Source: an uncultured Bacteriovoracaceae bacterium (GTDB lineage Bacteria; Bdellovibrionota; Bacteriovoracia; Bacteriovoracales; Bacteriovoracaceae). From it: a DNA stretch of 64,000 nt. The DNA lies in assembly GCA_964012805.1 (NCBI GenBank), contig CAXGUD010000004.1:86900-150899 (forward strand), written 5' to 3'. The notes beneath the pieces were generated by a model. That model was not told where the DNA came from. It did not search any database and was given only the letters and a program-made list of their open reading frames with translations. Within the stretch, counting starts at the first letter, position 1. Each line of letters begins with the position of its first letter. The position numbers were made by a program, and so were the translations under genes. Positions 18,556 to 28,081 of this stretch are shown piece after piece.

Positions 18556-21500
18556 TATGCTTTAAGACTTATTTTAAAAGTCGTTCCCTTTCCTTCTTCT
18601 GTTTCTAAGTTTATTTCGGCATTAATTTTTTCTACGTTCTTTTTAACCACATCCATTCCGATCCCTCGTCCTGAAATCTCCGTAACATTTTCCTTGGTAC
18701 TAAAATTGGGTAAAAAGACAATGTTGAGTTTTTCTTCATCGGACATAAGCTTTATATCTGTTTCAGTATAAAACTCTTGTTCGATGGCCTTTTTAATAAT
18801 TGTTTCTTTAAGGATTCCCCTCCCATCGTCTCTAATTTCTAAAACGAATTGGTACTTCTCATTCCTATAGCACTTGATTTCTATATTGCCATACTCATCT
18901 TTATTTAATAATTTTCTTTCATCAGGCTTTTCAAGACCGTGGTCTACTGAATTTCTAACCAGATGAACGATAGCATCTTTCAATAAATTTAAAGATTCTT
19001 TACTAATGGCCCCTTGCTCTCCCTTTATTGAAAAATTGATTTTTTTGCCTAAGCTTTTTCCCATTTCCATGGCCATAACTTTTAGATTCTTTAAGGAAAA
19101 TTTAACTGGAACCCTTTTTAATTCCTCAAATAAAAGGTCTACATCCTTTTTAGAAAATGCCTTTTTATTTTCAAGGTCTTTTATGACCTTGTCTTTTAAA
19201 TGATTAAAGTTGTGAACCATAACTTCATAGGTTTCAGGCTTAGTGTTTTTATCTACCGATTCATCTCCATCGGGCTCCTGCTCTTTAATAAAATCTCTTA
19301 AAAACCTTAATAAATCGATGCTTTCTAAATAGGGGAACCACCCTTCATCGATTCCTTCCATAATCGTAATAAGGTTTTCAAGGGTCTTACTTTTAATCTT
19401 CTTTAAAATCATTATGCTTTGAATTGATTCACTCACAAAGTTATGTCTTAAGCTCGAATAGACATCACCTAAGAAAGAACTTACATCAGTTAAAGGCACA
19501 ATATCCTCAAAAATTAGGTGCTCTTTTGATTCATTTTCCAAAAAATTGATGTTTTCAATAAAGGTGTTAATAGAGACTTGTTCATAGATTAAAACATTAA
19601 AAATCCTAATTATAAGGGGTTCTTCGGAAAGGCTCAATTCGTCAGTCATAGCCTTAATAACTTGTTCCCATTCCTCTTTTTTATAAGGCTTGGAAAGCTT
19701 ATTTTTAAAGCTTTCTCTTTCTTTTTCTGGAACTGTTTTTTCGATATCAATTTGAATAAGAAATTTGAAGTGTTGCCATATCCTTTGAAAAGTTACCCTG
19801 ATTTTTTCTTTGTTAATAGAGTCTTCTTTAATAAAAAGTTCATAAACGGACCTTAAAAGAGTCGGGATATAAAGAAAATGATGGCCAATTGATTTATAAT
19901 TTAAAGAATAGAGAGCGTGGATAGCATCTTCCTTTTTTTCAGGACCTGATTCTTTAAAGAGTGAAACCAGGTTAAAAAAACCAACGAAAAAATTAACCCA
20001 AACTTCACTTTGATGATTGAAAGGTTTAAAGGCTGAGGAGCCAATATACATATCCTTCGCACTCTTTCTAATTTCAAATAATGGTTTTTTAAATGAATTA
20101 TCTATTTCATCTTTTGTTAAGGAATCACCAAGCAATAAAGTATGAATTGTCGTTTCAAAGAGGTGTATGTTTTCAGATAAACCTCTTTCGTTCATAGAGC
20201 GTGCAATTCCTTTTAAAGAGTGGAGGTTACCTCGTATCGAGTCAAATATTCTTACTCTTGTTTCATCGTCCAGGTTAAAAATATTGATTAAAAAAGAGAG
20301 CTGACTGCTTAGAAGAGAACTTGCTCCCTTTCCATTAAAGTAAGGTTGTCCAAACCAATACTCAAAATCTTTATAGATTTCATGAAACTCATTTTTAAAC
20401 TTGGAGTCATCTTCCGATTCAACTCCAAAAATATCCCTTGCCAGTTTAAAGTATTCATTAATTTGCCCTCGGAGCTCATAAAGGGAGGTCATCAAGAGGT
20501 TCATTTCGTCCATTCCTCTTCCAGCAAGGTTATTTTGTTTTAACTGAATGGCCATGGACTCAATTTCATGGGTTTTTTGACCAATGGCAGTAAAGCCGTA
20601 AATTCTTGAGTTTCCTTTGATTGTGTGAAGGTTCCTTAAGAAGTTATTCAGTTCATTTTTTATAGCCTCTTCGCCCTTTTGATATTGGGCCCTTATAACT
20701 TTCCAAAGGGAGACCGCCTCGTTAGAAAGGTAATTAGCGTTGTCAAAGAAAGTTTGAATTTCATCTTTTTTATTCGTCGCCAATTCTTGAAGGATTTTTC
20801 CTCTCTTTGATATCTCTTCTTGTTGGGCTTGCATTTTCTTTTCTAGAACTTGAATTTCTGTAATGTCTTCTACAATGAGCATAACACTTACAATAAGACC
20901 CTCATCATTATAAAGAGGACTATAAGCGACTTTTAAGATTTTTTCCTTTTCAATAAAATCTGATTTTAGATTAATTTTTGTGGGAAAGTGGTCCTTAACC
21001 ATTTCCCATTGAAGGTCATCTGCTCCAAATAAAATTCCAAAAGAAAACTTAATTGTCGAATACAATTCAGAGCTCTTATCAATATTAAAATAGAGGTTTT
21101 TAAAAATATCTTCTTCGACAATTTCATGGCCAAAAATAGTTGAGGAGTACTTAGAAACTGGTTTTTGAACAATACAGTCTTTTGAAATCGTAAAGACGGC
21201 TTGCCTCATATTATCTAAAAGGTTTGAAATATCATTTAATGCCATGGAGAGATCAATTGTCCTTCTTTTAACTTTGTCTTCCAAATTTAAGTTCGCATCT
21301 TCGAGTAGTTCATTGGCCTTAACATTTTCTTCTAAAAGGGTGTTAATAATGTCAGCTAGCCCCAAAGAGAGAAGGACGACTTCAATGACCCCACCAATTT
21401 GATAGCCATTTGCAAAAATAAACCAGGAAGGGAGATAGCCAGCAATTTGTCCAATTTGGAAGATTGCTCCGCCAAATAAAAAGATAAAGGCCATGAGGTA

Positions 21501-22511
21501 AAATTTGGCAGGCCTGTAATTTTCCCTAATTTTTATAATTCCCGAAACAAAGCAAAGGCCAAAGGAAAGTGCCATGAAAAGATAGGCTAAAGGCAGAAAC
21601 GTCTTGTAAAAAGGAAAAGTAGAAAGCCCAATGAAGACAAAGCACGTTATATTAATTCCCCGCCAAATCTTTTTTAAGAGAGGGTTCTTTTTTCCAATAT
21701 TTAAATAACTTGTTGTAAAAAGAGAAAGTGTAAACCCTGTCATCATTCCTCTTAAGATAAATCCTTCATTTTGAAACCAAATCCAGTCAGGGTATAAAAA
21801 TTGATAAGCAAGGCCATTAGTTGCCATATTTAGGAGAGTTGAAGTACCAATAAAACAGATATAATAAAAATAACTTATGCTTTTCGTACTTATAAAAATA
21901 AATAAATTATACAAAATCATAATAATCATAATGCCGTAAAAAATACCAAAGCCCGCCATTTTAAAGTTTTCAACCTCAGTAAAGGCCGTAGGGGAGTAGA
22001 GTTTAAGAGGTACCTGAACTCCATCATTTGATTTTATTTTAAAATAATAAGTCTTATTTTTTTGATTTAGGTTAATTCTAAAGACAAAATTTCTATTTTT
22101 AACTTCCCTTGTTGAAAAGACCTCTCGGTCCCCAGTTTTGATTGCTGACCATTTGCCATCAACAAATCTGTAAAACTCCAAATAATCGCACCAAACTTGT
22201 TCAAAAGATAAAAACCAGGAGCTTGATTGATGAGTTAGCTTATTGATTTTGACTTTCACCCAAAAAGTTGAATTCGTTATACCATAACTTGGTACATCTT
22301 TTTTACTTCTCTTAAATTTGGGGTTGTATTCTTCTTTTGAGACATCATCTATTGTTAGCTTACCTAAAGGGTCCTCTAAGATTGATACTTGACGACCAAT
22401 CTTATAGATTTCTTTTCCTTGTAATAGATCAACACCAACATCAGCATATAACTGGGAGGCATCCAATATGACAATTAAGTTAATAATTAAAATAATAAAT
22501 ACTCTCAGCAT
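18555..22511 (-). CDS. 7TM-DISM sensor fused to PAS-like, two HPt-like and CheA-type HATPase domains (no CheW domain)
   Basis: ILEDPLG/TGDR DISMED2, 7 TM, LHTIKG and LHSLKG, HLVRNSVDHGLE, DDGRG, SGRGIGMD; TAATG coupling to downstream gene. Confidence 0.88.
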   Translation of the reverse strand: MLRVFIILIINLIVILDASQLYADVGVDLLQGKEIYKIGRQVSILEDPLGKLTIDDVSKEEYNPKFKRSKKDVPSYGITNSTFWVKVKINKLTHQSSSWFLSFEQVWCDYLEFYRFVDGKWSAIKTGDREVFSTREVKNRNFVFRINLNQKNKTYYFKIKSNDGVQVPLKLYSPTAFTEVENFKMAGFGIFYGIMIIMILYNLFIFISTKSISYFYYICFIGTSTLLNMATNGLAYQFLYPDWIWFQNEGFILRGMMTGFTLSLFTTSYLNIGKKNPLLKKIWRGINITCFVFIGLSTFPFYKTFLPLAYLFMALSFGLCFVSGIIKIRENYRPAKFYLMAFIFLFGGAIFQIGQIAGYLPSWFIFANGYQIGGVIEVVLLSLGLADIINTLLEENVKANELLEDANLNLEDKVKRRTIDLSMALNDISNLLDNMRQAVFTISKDCIVQKPVSKYSSTIFGHEIVEEDIFKNLYFNIDKSSELYSTIKFSFGILFGADDLQWEMVKDHFPTKINLKSDFIEKEKILKVAYSPLYNDEGLIVSVMLIVEDITEIQVLEKKMQAQQEEISKRGKILQELATNKKDEIQTFFDNANYLSNEAVSLWKVIRAQYQKGEEAIKNELNNFLRNLHTIKGNSRIYGFTAIGQKTHEIESMAIQLKQNNLAGRGMDEMNLLMTSLYELRGQINEYFKLARDIFGVESEDDSKFKNEFHEIYKDFEYWFGQPYFNGKGASSLLSSQLSFLINIFNLDDETRVRIFDSIRGNLHSLKGIARSMNERGLSENIHLFETTIHTLLLGDSLTKDEIDNSFKKPLFEIRKSAKDMYIGSSAFKPFNHQSEVWVNFFVGFFNLVSLFKESGPEKKEDAIHALYSLNYKSIGHHFLYIPTLLRSVYELFIKEDSINKEKIRVTFQRIWQHFKFLIQIDIEKTVPEKERESFKNKLSKPYKKEEWEQVIKAMTDELSLSEEPLIIRIFNVLIYEQVSINTFIENINFLENESKEHLIFEDIVPLTDVSSFLGDVYSSLRHNFVSESIQSIMILKKIKSKTLENLITIMEGIDEGWFPYLESIDLLRFLRDFIKEQEPDGDESVDKNTKPETYEVMVHNFNHLKDKVIKDLENKKAFSKKDVDLLFEELKRVPVKFSLKNLKVMAMEMGKSLGKKINFSIKGEQGAISKESLNLLKDAIVHLVRNSVDHGLEKPDERKLLNKDEYGNIEIKCYRNEKYQFVLEIRDDGRGILKETIIKKAIEQEFYTETDIKLMSDEEKLNIVFLPNFSTKENVTEISGRGIGMDVVKKNVEKINAEINLETEEGKGTTFKISLKA

Positions 22512-22542
22512 ATTTATTTTTCCTCTAAATTACTGATATATT

Positions 22543-22570
22543 TAATCGGTCATAGGTTTTTAATACTTGA
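22543..22570 (-). promoter_or_regulatory. Sigma28 (FliA)-like promoter candidate
   Basis: Minus strand TCAAGTAT-N12-ACCGATTA about 30 nt upstream of the 22511 start. Confidence 0.45.
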
Positions 22571-22724
22571 CTATTATTTTTCTGTTTAGCGGGTTTAGTG
22601 GATTTAATGGTTATTTGTTTAATTGAGAGGTGAAAAAAAAATAATTTAAATAAATTACAGTTAATTAAGTTAAAGCTAGGAAATTTTAGGAAAGATTATT
22701 TTTATTTCTGAGGTTTTTAAAAAT

Positions 22725-25700
22725 TTAGGAAGCTTCTTTATAAGGAACTTTAATAATAAAGACGGTCCCCTCATCTTTTTTGCTTTGAATTTCAATGGTT
22801 CCATTTAAATTATCGACCTCTTCTTTTAATGATTCCATTCCTATGCCGCGACCAGAAATTAAATTGACTGTGTCTTTTGTAGAAAATTCAGGTCTGAAAA
22901 TATAAGAGAATAACTCCTGGTTTGAGACTTTACTTAAGTCTCTTTCTTGTAATAAGCTCTTTTCAACACATTTTCTTTTTATTTTATCTAAATCCAGGCC
23001 TGCGCCATCATCTGTAAAGGTCATTTTTATCATGTCATTTTCTATCTTGAAGTTTGTTTTTATGGTTCCCTCTTTAGGTTTCTTCTTATTTATTCTTACT
23101 GTTTCATCTTCAATACCATGGTCAATCATATTTCTAAAAAGGTGAATAGACGAATTTAAAAAGCTTTTTAACTTTATTTTATTTATTTTTATACTTTCAC
23201 CTTCAATTTCAAAATTTATGAGTTTTCCTTTATTCATTGAAGCTTCTTCAGTATACTTTTTATACTTTATAAAGTTTGACTTTAAGTCCGATAATACGTA
23301 GTTTGAATAAATCTGTTCTTTAATGTCATCGACTCCATTACTTGAAGTGAATAATTTTAGAATATCCTGGGTTGGAATCGATTTATTTTCTTCAAGAGCA
23401 TGCCTTTTGCAGGATTCTATTAAAATAAAGTTATTCTCAGCAAAATTATTTAATTCATCTTTAAATTTATTTATTTCTGTTATTAACTTTTCTTTGTTTT
23501 TTTCAAAAATAGCGCTTTCTAAGCTATGAATAACATTGATTAGATCATGAATTTTGAAAAAGCTCATCCTGGCCTTTAAAGTATGGATGAACCTAAAAAA
23601 AGTATCTTTTGATTCTAAATTATCCTGATAGTTCTTTTCTAATTCCTGAGAATCCAGAATAATTTCTATAAAGTCTGTTGGATACTCCAGGGCCTTTTTT
23701 ACAAGCTTACTATTTTCAACTTCCTTTTTAATGTCTTCTTCCAAGGCCTTTTCTTTTGTCCTGTCTTTTCCTACGAGGACCATTTTTATAAGTTTATTCT
23801 TTTCTTCAATTGAATAGATAGGCGCGAAGGTTAACTCAATATATTGATCTTTATTTTTTTTGAAATTTTTTGGTGCCAAAGGGGCCAGGTCTTTAAAGGA
23901 TATTTTTCCTTCCCACACCCTTTTTAGCCAACTCTTAAAGGTTTCTAAATTATCGCCTTCTAATTCAAGAATATCCCAAATATAATGTTTTTCGTTCGGA
24001 CTAAGGAGGTCACTTTTGAAAATTAACTTCCCAAAAATGTCTTCTGAAATTTTTGACCCTACATCGGAGATCACCCCATCCTCATCAAAGAGAAGTAGTG
24101 CTTCTGGAATGGTGTTAAGAATTTCTCTTTGATTTTTTTGTTGATGATAAATTTCATCCATTAAATATTCCATTTCCATTTTAGAAACGAGAAGATGATG
24201 AGAGCGCTCAGAAAGTTTTTTTTCGTTTTCTTTAAGTCTGGTTAAATTTCTTACAAGGCTAACAAGCTCTACCTCATTAAAGGGTTTTCCTAAAAAGGCA
24301 TCTGCTCCAGATTTGACCCCAGTTGTTCTACTTTCCTCGTCACTTTTAGCGGTTAAAAGAATAATAGGCGTCGTTTTACTTTTTTGATCCGACCTAATAC
24401 TTTTTATGAAATCAATTCCACTTGTTTCACCCATCATCCAATCTACAATTACTAGGTCAGGTTTTATTTTACGGACCTTTTTTAGGCCTTCTTCAGGATT
24501 TTTAGCTAAGGAGACTTTATAGCCATGAGGCATAAGAATATTCTTTAGAAGAGACCTCATATCTTTTATATCGTCTATAATCAATATATTCAGCCCACTT
24601 CCTATATCAGTTTTTAAATCCTCTTTTGTTAATTCGAAAGATTCCTCTGTTTCTTCCTCTCCACTATCATCACTCTTTCCCTTGTATTCAAATATCCAGT
24701 TTTTTAAAGCATAGGATTCAGTAGAGATGATCTTAGAAGATTGTATATAGTCCTCTATAACCTTAATAATAGGGTTAAACTCAAAAGAAATGAAGTAACG
24801 GTCTATGTAGGGTACATCCATTATGTCTTTCTTACGTCTTTTGAGAACATCAGGATTTATTACGGCAACTTTTTTTGTAAGAGATGAAATAAGGTGAGAG
24901 AATTTTAATAAATGAATCCCTTCATATTCAAAGTGGGTTAAATCAATCATGATGCACTTATACTTATTTCCTTTTAATCTTTTTCTGGCCTCTGTTATTG
25001 TTTGGACAAAGTCTATTTTCCTTTTTGCCTTGCCCTTTTGAGTTTGATTCAAGAATCCCTCATATTCACTTAGATAAATATCTTTCAGTGAAACGATTAA
25101 AAGATCTCTTAACTCATAATCAAATAAAATTGGACGGTCCTTTATTAAGCTTTCAGCGACTTTTTTCTTCATTATCAACTTTAACTCGTTATCTATTTTA
25201 TCTTCCTTTTCAAGCGATAAAAAGTAAGAGTCTGGAATCGAATCTGTTATATTTTCCCATAACTCAAGGTTTTCCTGCGAGTCTTCCAATCTTGGGTCTA
25301 TTAGAATAATTTTTGGATAAAATAAATTTGAAAAGTTTTTGAGATCTTTTAGTGTATGAATTTTTTCCCAGGTAAAGTCTTTCAAAAATAATTTTCTGTA
25401 GTCTGAAGTATCCTCTTTTTTAGGTATAATAAGGACAAAATCTATAATATTTCTAGGGTTAAAAGAAGGAAAATCAACCCAGAAGTAGGATCCATTCTTT
25501 CCATCACTTTCAATACCCACTGAGCCCTTCATACTTTCTGCTAGTTCTTTGACAAGTGAGAGACCAAGGCCCGTACCTTCCTTTCCATTATTTGAGTCGA
25601 CCTGTACAAAGGATTGAAAAATTTTGCTTTGATCCTTTTTGGGGATTCCTGGGCCTTGGTCTTTGACTCCAATTCTTAAATTATGTTCATGCTTAGTTAT

Positions 25701-26783
25701 AGAGAGCGTGATGGTTCCATTTCTCGGAGAGTATTTAAAAGCATTGGCCAGTAAGTTAAAGAGAATTTTTTCCAAAGAGTCCAGGTTGATCTCAATATAA
25801 AATCTGTAATCTTCTATCGTGATCCTATCGAAATTTTCCTCACCTATTAGGAAATTGAATTTTAGCTTACTAGATTCACAGGTAGGGCCAAAGGTTTTTG
25901 ATACATTTTCACAAAATTTTATAAGATTTATTGGATTTAGTTTAATTTTATCCTTATTTACTACGGCTTTTTGAAAATTTAGTAACTGGTTGACAAGGTG
26001 ATGGAGCCTCGTTGAGTTCTTTAAAGCAACCTTTAACTCCTTATCCAATGGGTATCTTTTAGAACACTCGTTCAAAGGGTTTTCAATCAGAGTTATTGGT
26101 GTTCTCAACTCATGAGACAAACTTTGAAAAAAGTTTGTCTTTTGTTCATCTAGGTCTTTTAATTTCTTATTTTGGTCTTTAAAGTGGCTAGTTAAATCCC
26201 AGAACTTTTCCAGATATTGATTAAGGTTACTGTTTTTCTTTTCCAAATCCTTACTTTGATCTTCGAGGGTATCGACTTTTTCTTTTACAAGACTATTTAT
26301 TAATGAAAAAAGAAAAATAAAAAATGGCATCATTATTAGGTATGAATCTTTTTTAAAGGATAAGGTACCTGTTGTAAGATGGATACCAAGGCACGTAATG
26401 AGTAGGTAACTTACTCCACTTACGAGAGTTGGAGTAAATCCATACATTCTTAAAAGTGAAATAGAGTAAAGCGAAAGTGATAAAAATAATAAGGGCCCAA
26501 TAATATAGTCACTAAACTGGAGTGCTAGTGTAATAGTTAAAACTCCATGGATGTGGGGCCAAAATTGATAGGAAGAACCTTTTATTTTTTTATGGAAAAA
26601 GTACTGAAAAGTAAGAAGTGGTATGGGAAAACCGAATATTAAAAGTTTTGAATGAGGAACGCTAAGACCATTAAAGTAAAGAATGCTAAAAAAAAAAAGG
26701 AGGGACCATGCAAATGTCCAATAAACAAGTTGAGATTTTTCATCTTGATTAATAAATAAAAAAGTTCCTTTTTTCTTTTCCAT
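22725..26783 (-). CDS. Dual histidine kinase: TM sensor, class I HisKA-HATPase, receiver(s), PAS-like, HPt and CheA-type HATPase
   Basis: LSHELRTP, NLLANAFKY, DQGPG, GTGLGL; intact receiver IIDD...VDWMM...KP; IHTLKA; HLFRNMIDHGIE, DDGAG, SGRGIGM. Confidence 0.88.
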   Translation of the reverse strand: MEKKKGTFLFINQDEKSQLVYWTFAWSLLFFFSILYFNGLSVPHSKLLIFGFPIPLLTFQYFFHKKIKGSSYQFWPHIHGVLTITLALQFSDYIIGPLLFLSLSLYSISLLRMYGFTPTLVSGVSYLLITCLGIHLTTGTLSFKKDSYLIMMPFFIFLFSLINSLVKEKVDTLEDQSKDLEKKNSNLNQYLEKFWDLTSHFKDQNKKLKDLDEQKTNFFQSLSHELRTPITLIENPLNECSKRYPLDKELKVALKNSTRLHHLVNQLLNFQKAVVNKDKIKLNPINLIKFCENVSKTFGPTCESSKLKFNFLIGEENFDRITIEDYRFYIEINLDSLEKILFNLLANAFKYSPRNGTITLSITKHEHNLRIGVKDQGPGIPKKDQSKIFQSFVQVDSNNGKEGTGLGLSLVKELAESMKGSVGIESDGKNGSYFWVDFPSFNPRNIIDFVLIIPKKEDTSDYRKLFLKDFTWEKIHTLKDLKNFSNLFYPKIILIDPRLEDSQENLELWENITDSIPDSYFLSLEKEDKIDNELKLIMKKKVAESLIKDRPILFDYELRDLLIVSLKDIYLSEYEGFLNQTQKGKAKRKIDFVQTITEARKRLKGNKYKCIMIDLTHFEYEGIHLLKFSHLISSLTKKVAVINPDVLKRRKKDIMDVPYIDRYFISFEFNPIIKVIEDYIQSSKIISTESYALKNWIFEYKGKSDDSGEEETEESFELTKEDLKTDIGSGLNILIIDDIKDMRSLLKNILMPHGYKVSLAKNPEEGLKKVRKIKPDLVIVDWMMGETSGIDFIKSIRSDQKSKTTPIILLTAKSDEESRTTGVKSGADAFLGKPFNEVELVSLVRNLTRLKENEKKLSERSHHLLVSKMEMEYLMDEIYHQQKNQREILNTIPEALLLFDEDGVISDVGSKISEDIFGKLIFKSDLLSPNEKHYIWDILELEGDNLETFKSWLKRVWEGKISFKDLAPLAPKNFKKNKDQYIELTFAPIYSIEEKNKLIKMVLVGKDRTKEKALEEDIKKEVENSKLVKKALEYPTDFIEIILDSQELEKNYQDNLESKDTFFRFIHTLKARMSFFKIHDLINVIHSLESAIFEKNKEKLITEINKFKDELNNFAENNFILIESCKRHALEENKSIPTQDILKLFTSSNGVDDIKEQIYSNYVLSDLKSNFIKYKKYTEEASMNKGKLINFEIEGESIKINKIKLKSFLNSSIHLFRNMIDHGIEDETVRINKKKPKEGTIKTNFKIENDMIKMTFTDDGAGLDLDKIKRKCVEKSLLQERDLSKVSNQELFSYIFRPEFSTKDTVNLISGRGIGMESLKEEVDNLNGTIEIQSKKDEGTVFIIKVPYKEAS

Positions 26784-26873
26784 TATTCAAGTTTCGGAAC
26801 TTTAATTATGTAATAGATAAAAACTTTAAACATTGGAAAAAAAGGAAAAACTTTCCTTATTCCTAAGAAAACT

Positions 26874-27698
26874 TTAAATTGAGCAAGTTTCAATAAGATG
26901 AATTTCTTCTTCTGTTAGGGTAAACTCAAATATTTTTAGGTCTTCTTCCATATGTATCGGATCTGTTGTACCCGTAAGAGGAATAACACCAATTTGGCTG
27001 GAAAACCTAAAAATCAATTGTCCTATTGTTACCTTGTATTTAGATGCCAATTGGCCAATTTCTCTTATTTTATAAACAGAAGGGTTGGCCGTTAGAAGAG
27101 AAAAACCCTGATAAAGGATACTATATTGCTTGCAAAAATCCCTTACTTCCTGATCCCATGCTCTATCTGCATAACATCGGTTTTGGACAACCATAGGAGT
27201 CACGGAAGACAATTCGCAAAGGGTTTCTAATTGTTGCATGTTTACATTACTGACACCAATACTTTTGGTTCTTCCAGACTTATAAATATCTTCTAGTGAT
27301 TTCCAAACTTCCATATCTTCCTTGCATAAACCAGGAAAGGAGTGCGGCCCATGGAGTAAATATGAGTCAAGAGTCTCAACTCCGAGGTTCCGAAGAGAAC
27401 TGGCAAAAGATTCTTGAACTCTTTCTGGAAGTTGTTTATCTAATGAGTAGGGGATTCTGTGGTCGTGGCCACCTTGTGGTGTAAACTTGGTTTGTATGAA
27501 AAAGTCTTCTCTTTTTAGTCCTTTTGAAAAAGCTTCTTGAAGGGCCTGACCTACGAGGTCTTCTTGATAATGTTTGGGTTGGTTTGCTGTATCAAAGGCC
27601 CTGAAGCCTTTTTGAATTGCCAAATCAACAAGTTCTGGTGTTCTGTCCTCTTTCCATGCAGTTCCATAAATGATTTGTGAAATGGGTTTAAAAGTCAT
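26874..27698 (-). CDS. Aldo/keto reductase
   Basis: GFRAFDTA, IQTKF, YLLHGP, IGVSN motifs; AAGGAG RBS. Confidence 0.92.
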   Translation of the reverse strand: MTFKPISQIIYGTAWKEDRTPELVDLAIQKGFRAFDTANQPKHYQEDLVGQALQEAFSKGLKREDFFIQTKFTPQGGHDHRIPYSLDKQLPERVQESFASSLRNLGVETLDSYLLHGPHSFPGLCKEDMEVWKSLEDIYKSGRTKSIGVSNVNMQQLETLCELSSVTPMVVQNRCYADRAWDQEVRDFCKQYSILYQGFSLLTANPSVYKIREIGQLASKYKVTIGQLIFRFSSQIGVIPLTGTTDPIHMEEDLKIFEFTLTEEEIHLIETCSI

Positions 27699-27731
27699 TC
27701 CCTCTCCTTTAAAAACTTTTCTGCCTTCTCT

Positions 27732-27890
27732 TTAGTCTAATCTTTCTTTAGGAAACATGAAACGGCCTAATAAGAAAAAGGGGAAGTTGCTTGGTTTATT
27801 TCGCACAGGGAAAGATGGCCTAAGGTGGGATCGTGAAGAATTTGTGGGGAAAATTTTGGTAGGAATAGAGGGGTGGTAAGTAGATGCCAT
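27732..27890 (-). CDS. Possible 52-aa small ORF (MASTYHPSIPTKIFPTNSSRSHLRPSFPVRNKPSNFPFFLLGRFMFPKERLD)
   Basis: AGGA just upstream of ATG; lies immediately downstream of a sigma54-like site; no recognisable homology. Confidence 0.25.
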   Translation of the reverse strand: MASTYHPSIPTKIFPTNSSRSHLRPSFPVRNKPSNFPFFLLGRFMFPKERLD

Positions 27891-27934
27891 CTTTTCCTAG
27901 AGGTTCGGGGCCTTGCCCTGTTGTCTATTCATAA

Positions 27935-27949
27935 GCAAGAGTCATGCCA
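27935..27949 (-). promoter_or_regulatory. Sigma54 (-24/-12) promoter candidate
   Basis: Minus strand TGGCATGACTCTTGC = GG-N10-GC in a 380-nt intergenic gap. Confidence 0.65.
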
Positions 27950-28081
27950 GTTTTGGAAAACTAAGAAAAATACTTTTAAAAACAATAGGTTATGTCCTTA
28001 GCTTTTTAATTCTTGAAAAGACTGCATAGGAATTTAGGGGTAAAAGGAGACTAAAAGAATCTCTTAATGGCATTAAGGCCC

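Noticed and set aside
26688..26698. A11 homopolymer near the 5' end of the dual kinase as a phase-variation switch
   Set aside because: The frame is intact and long A/T runs are common in this AT-rich sequence
27800..27930. c-di-GMP-I riboswitch-like words (GCACAGGG, CAGGGCAA)
   Set aside because: Only short word matches; the required stems and tetraloop/receptor could not be built
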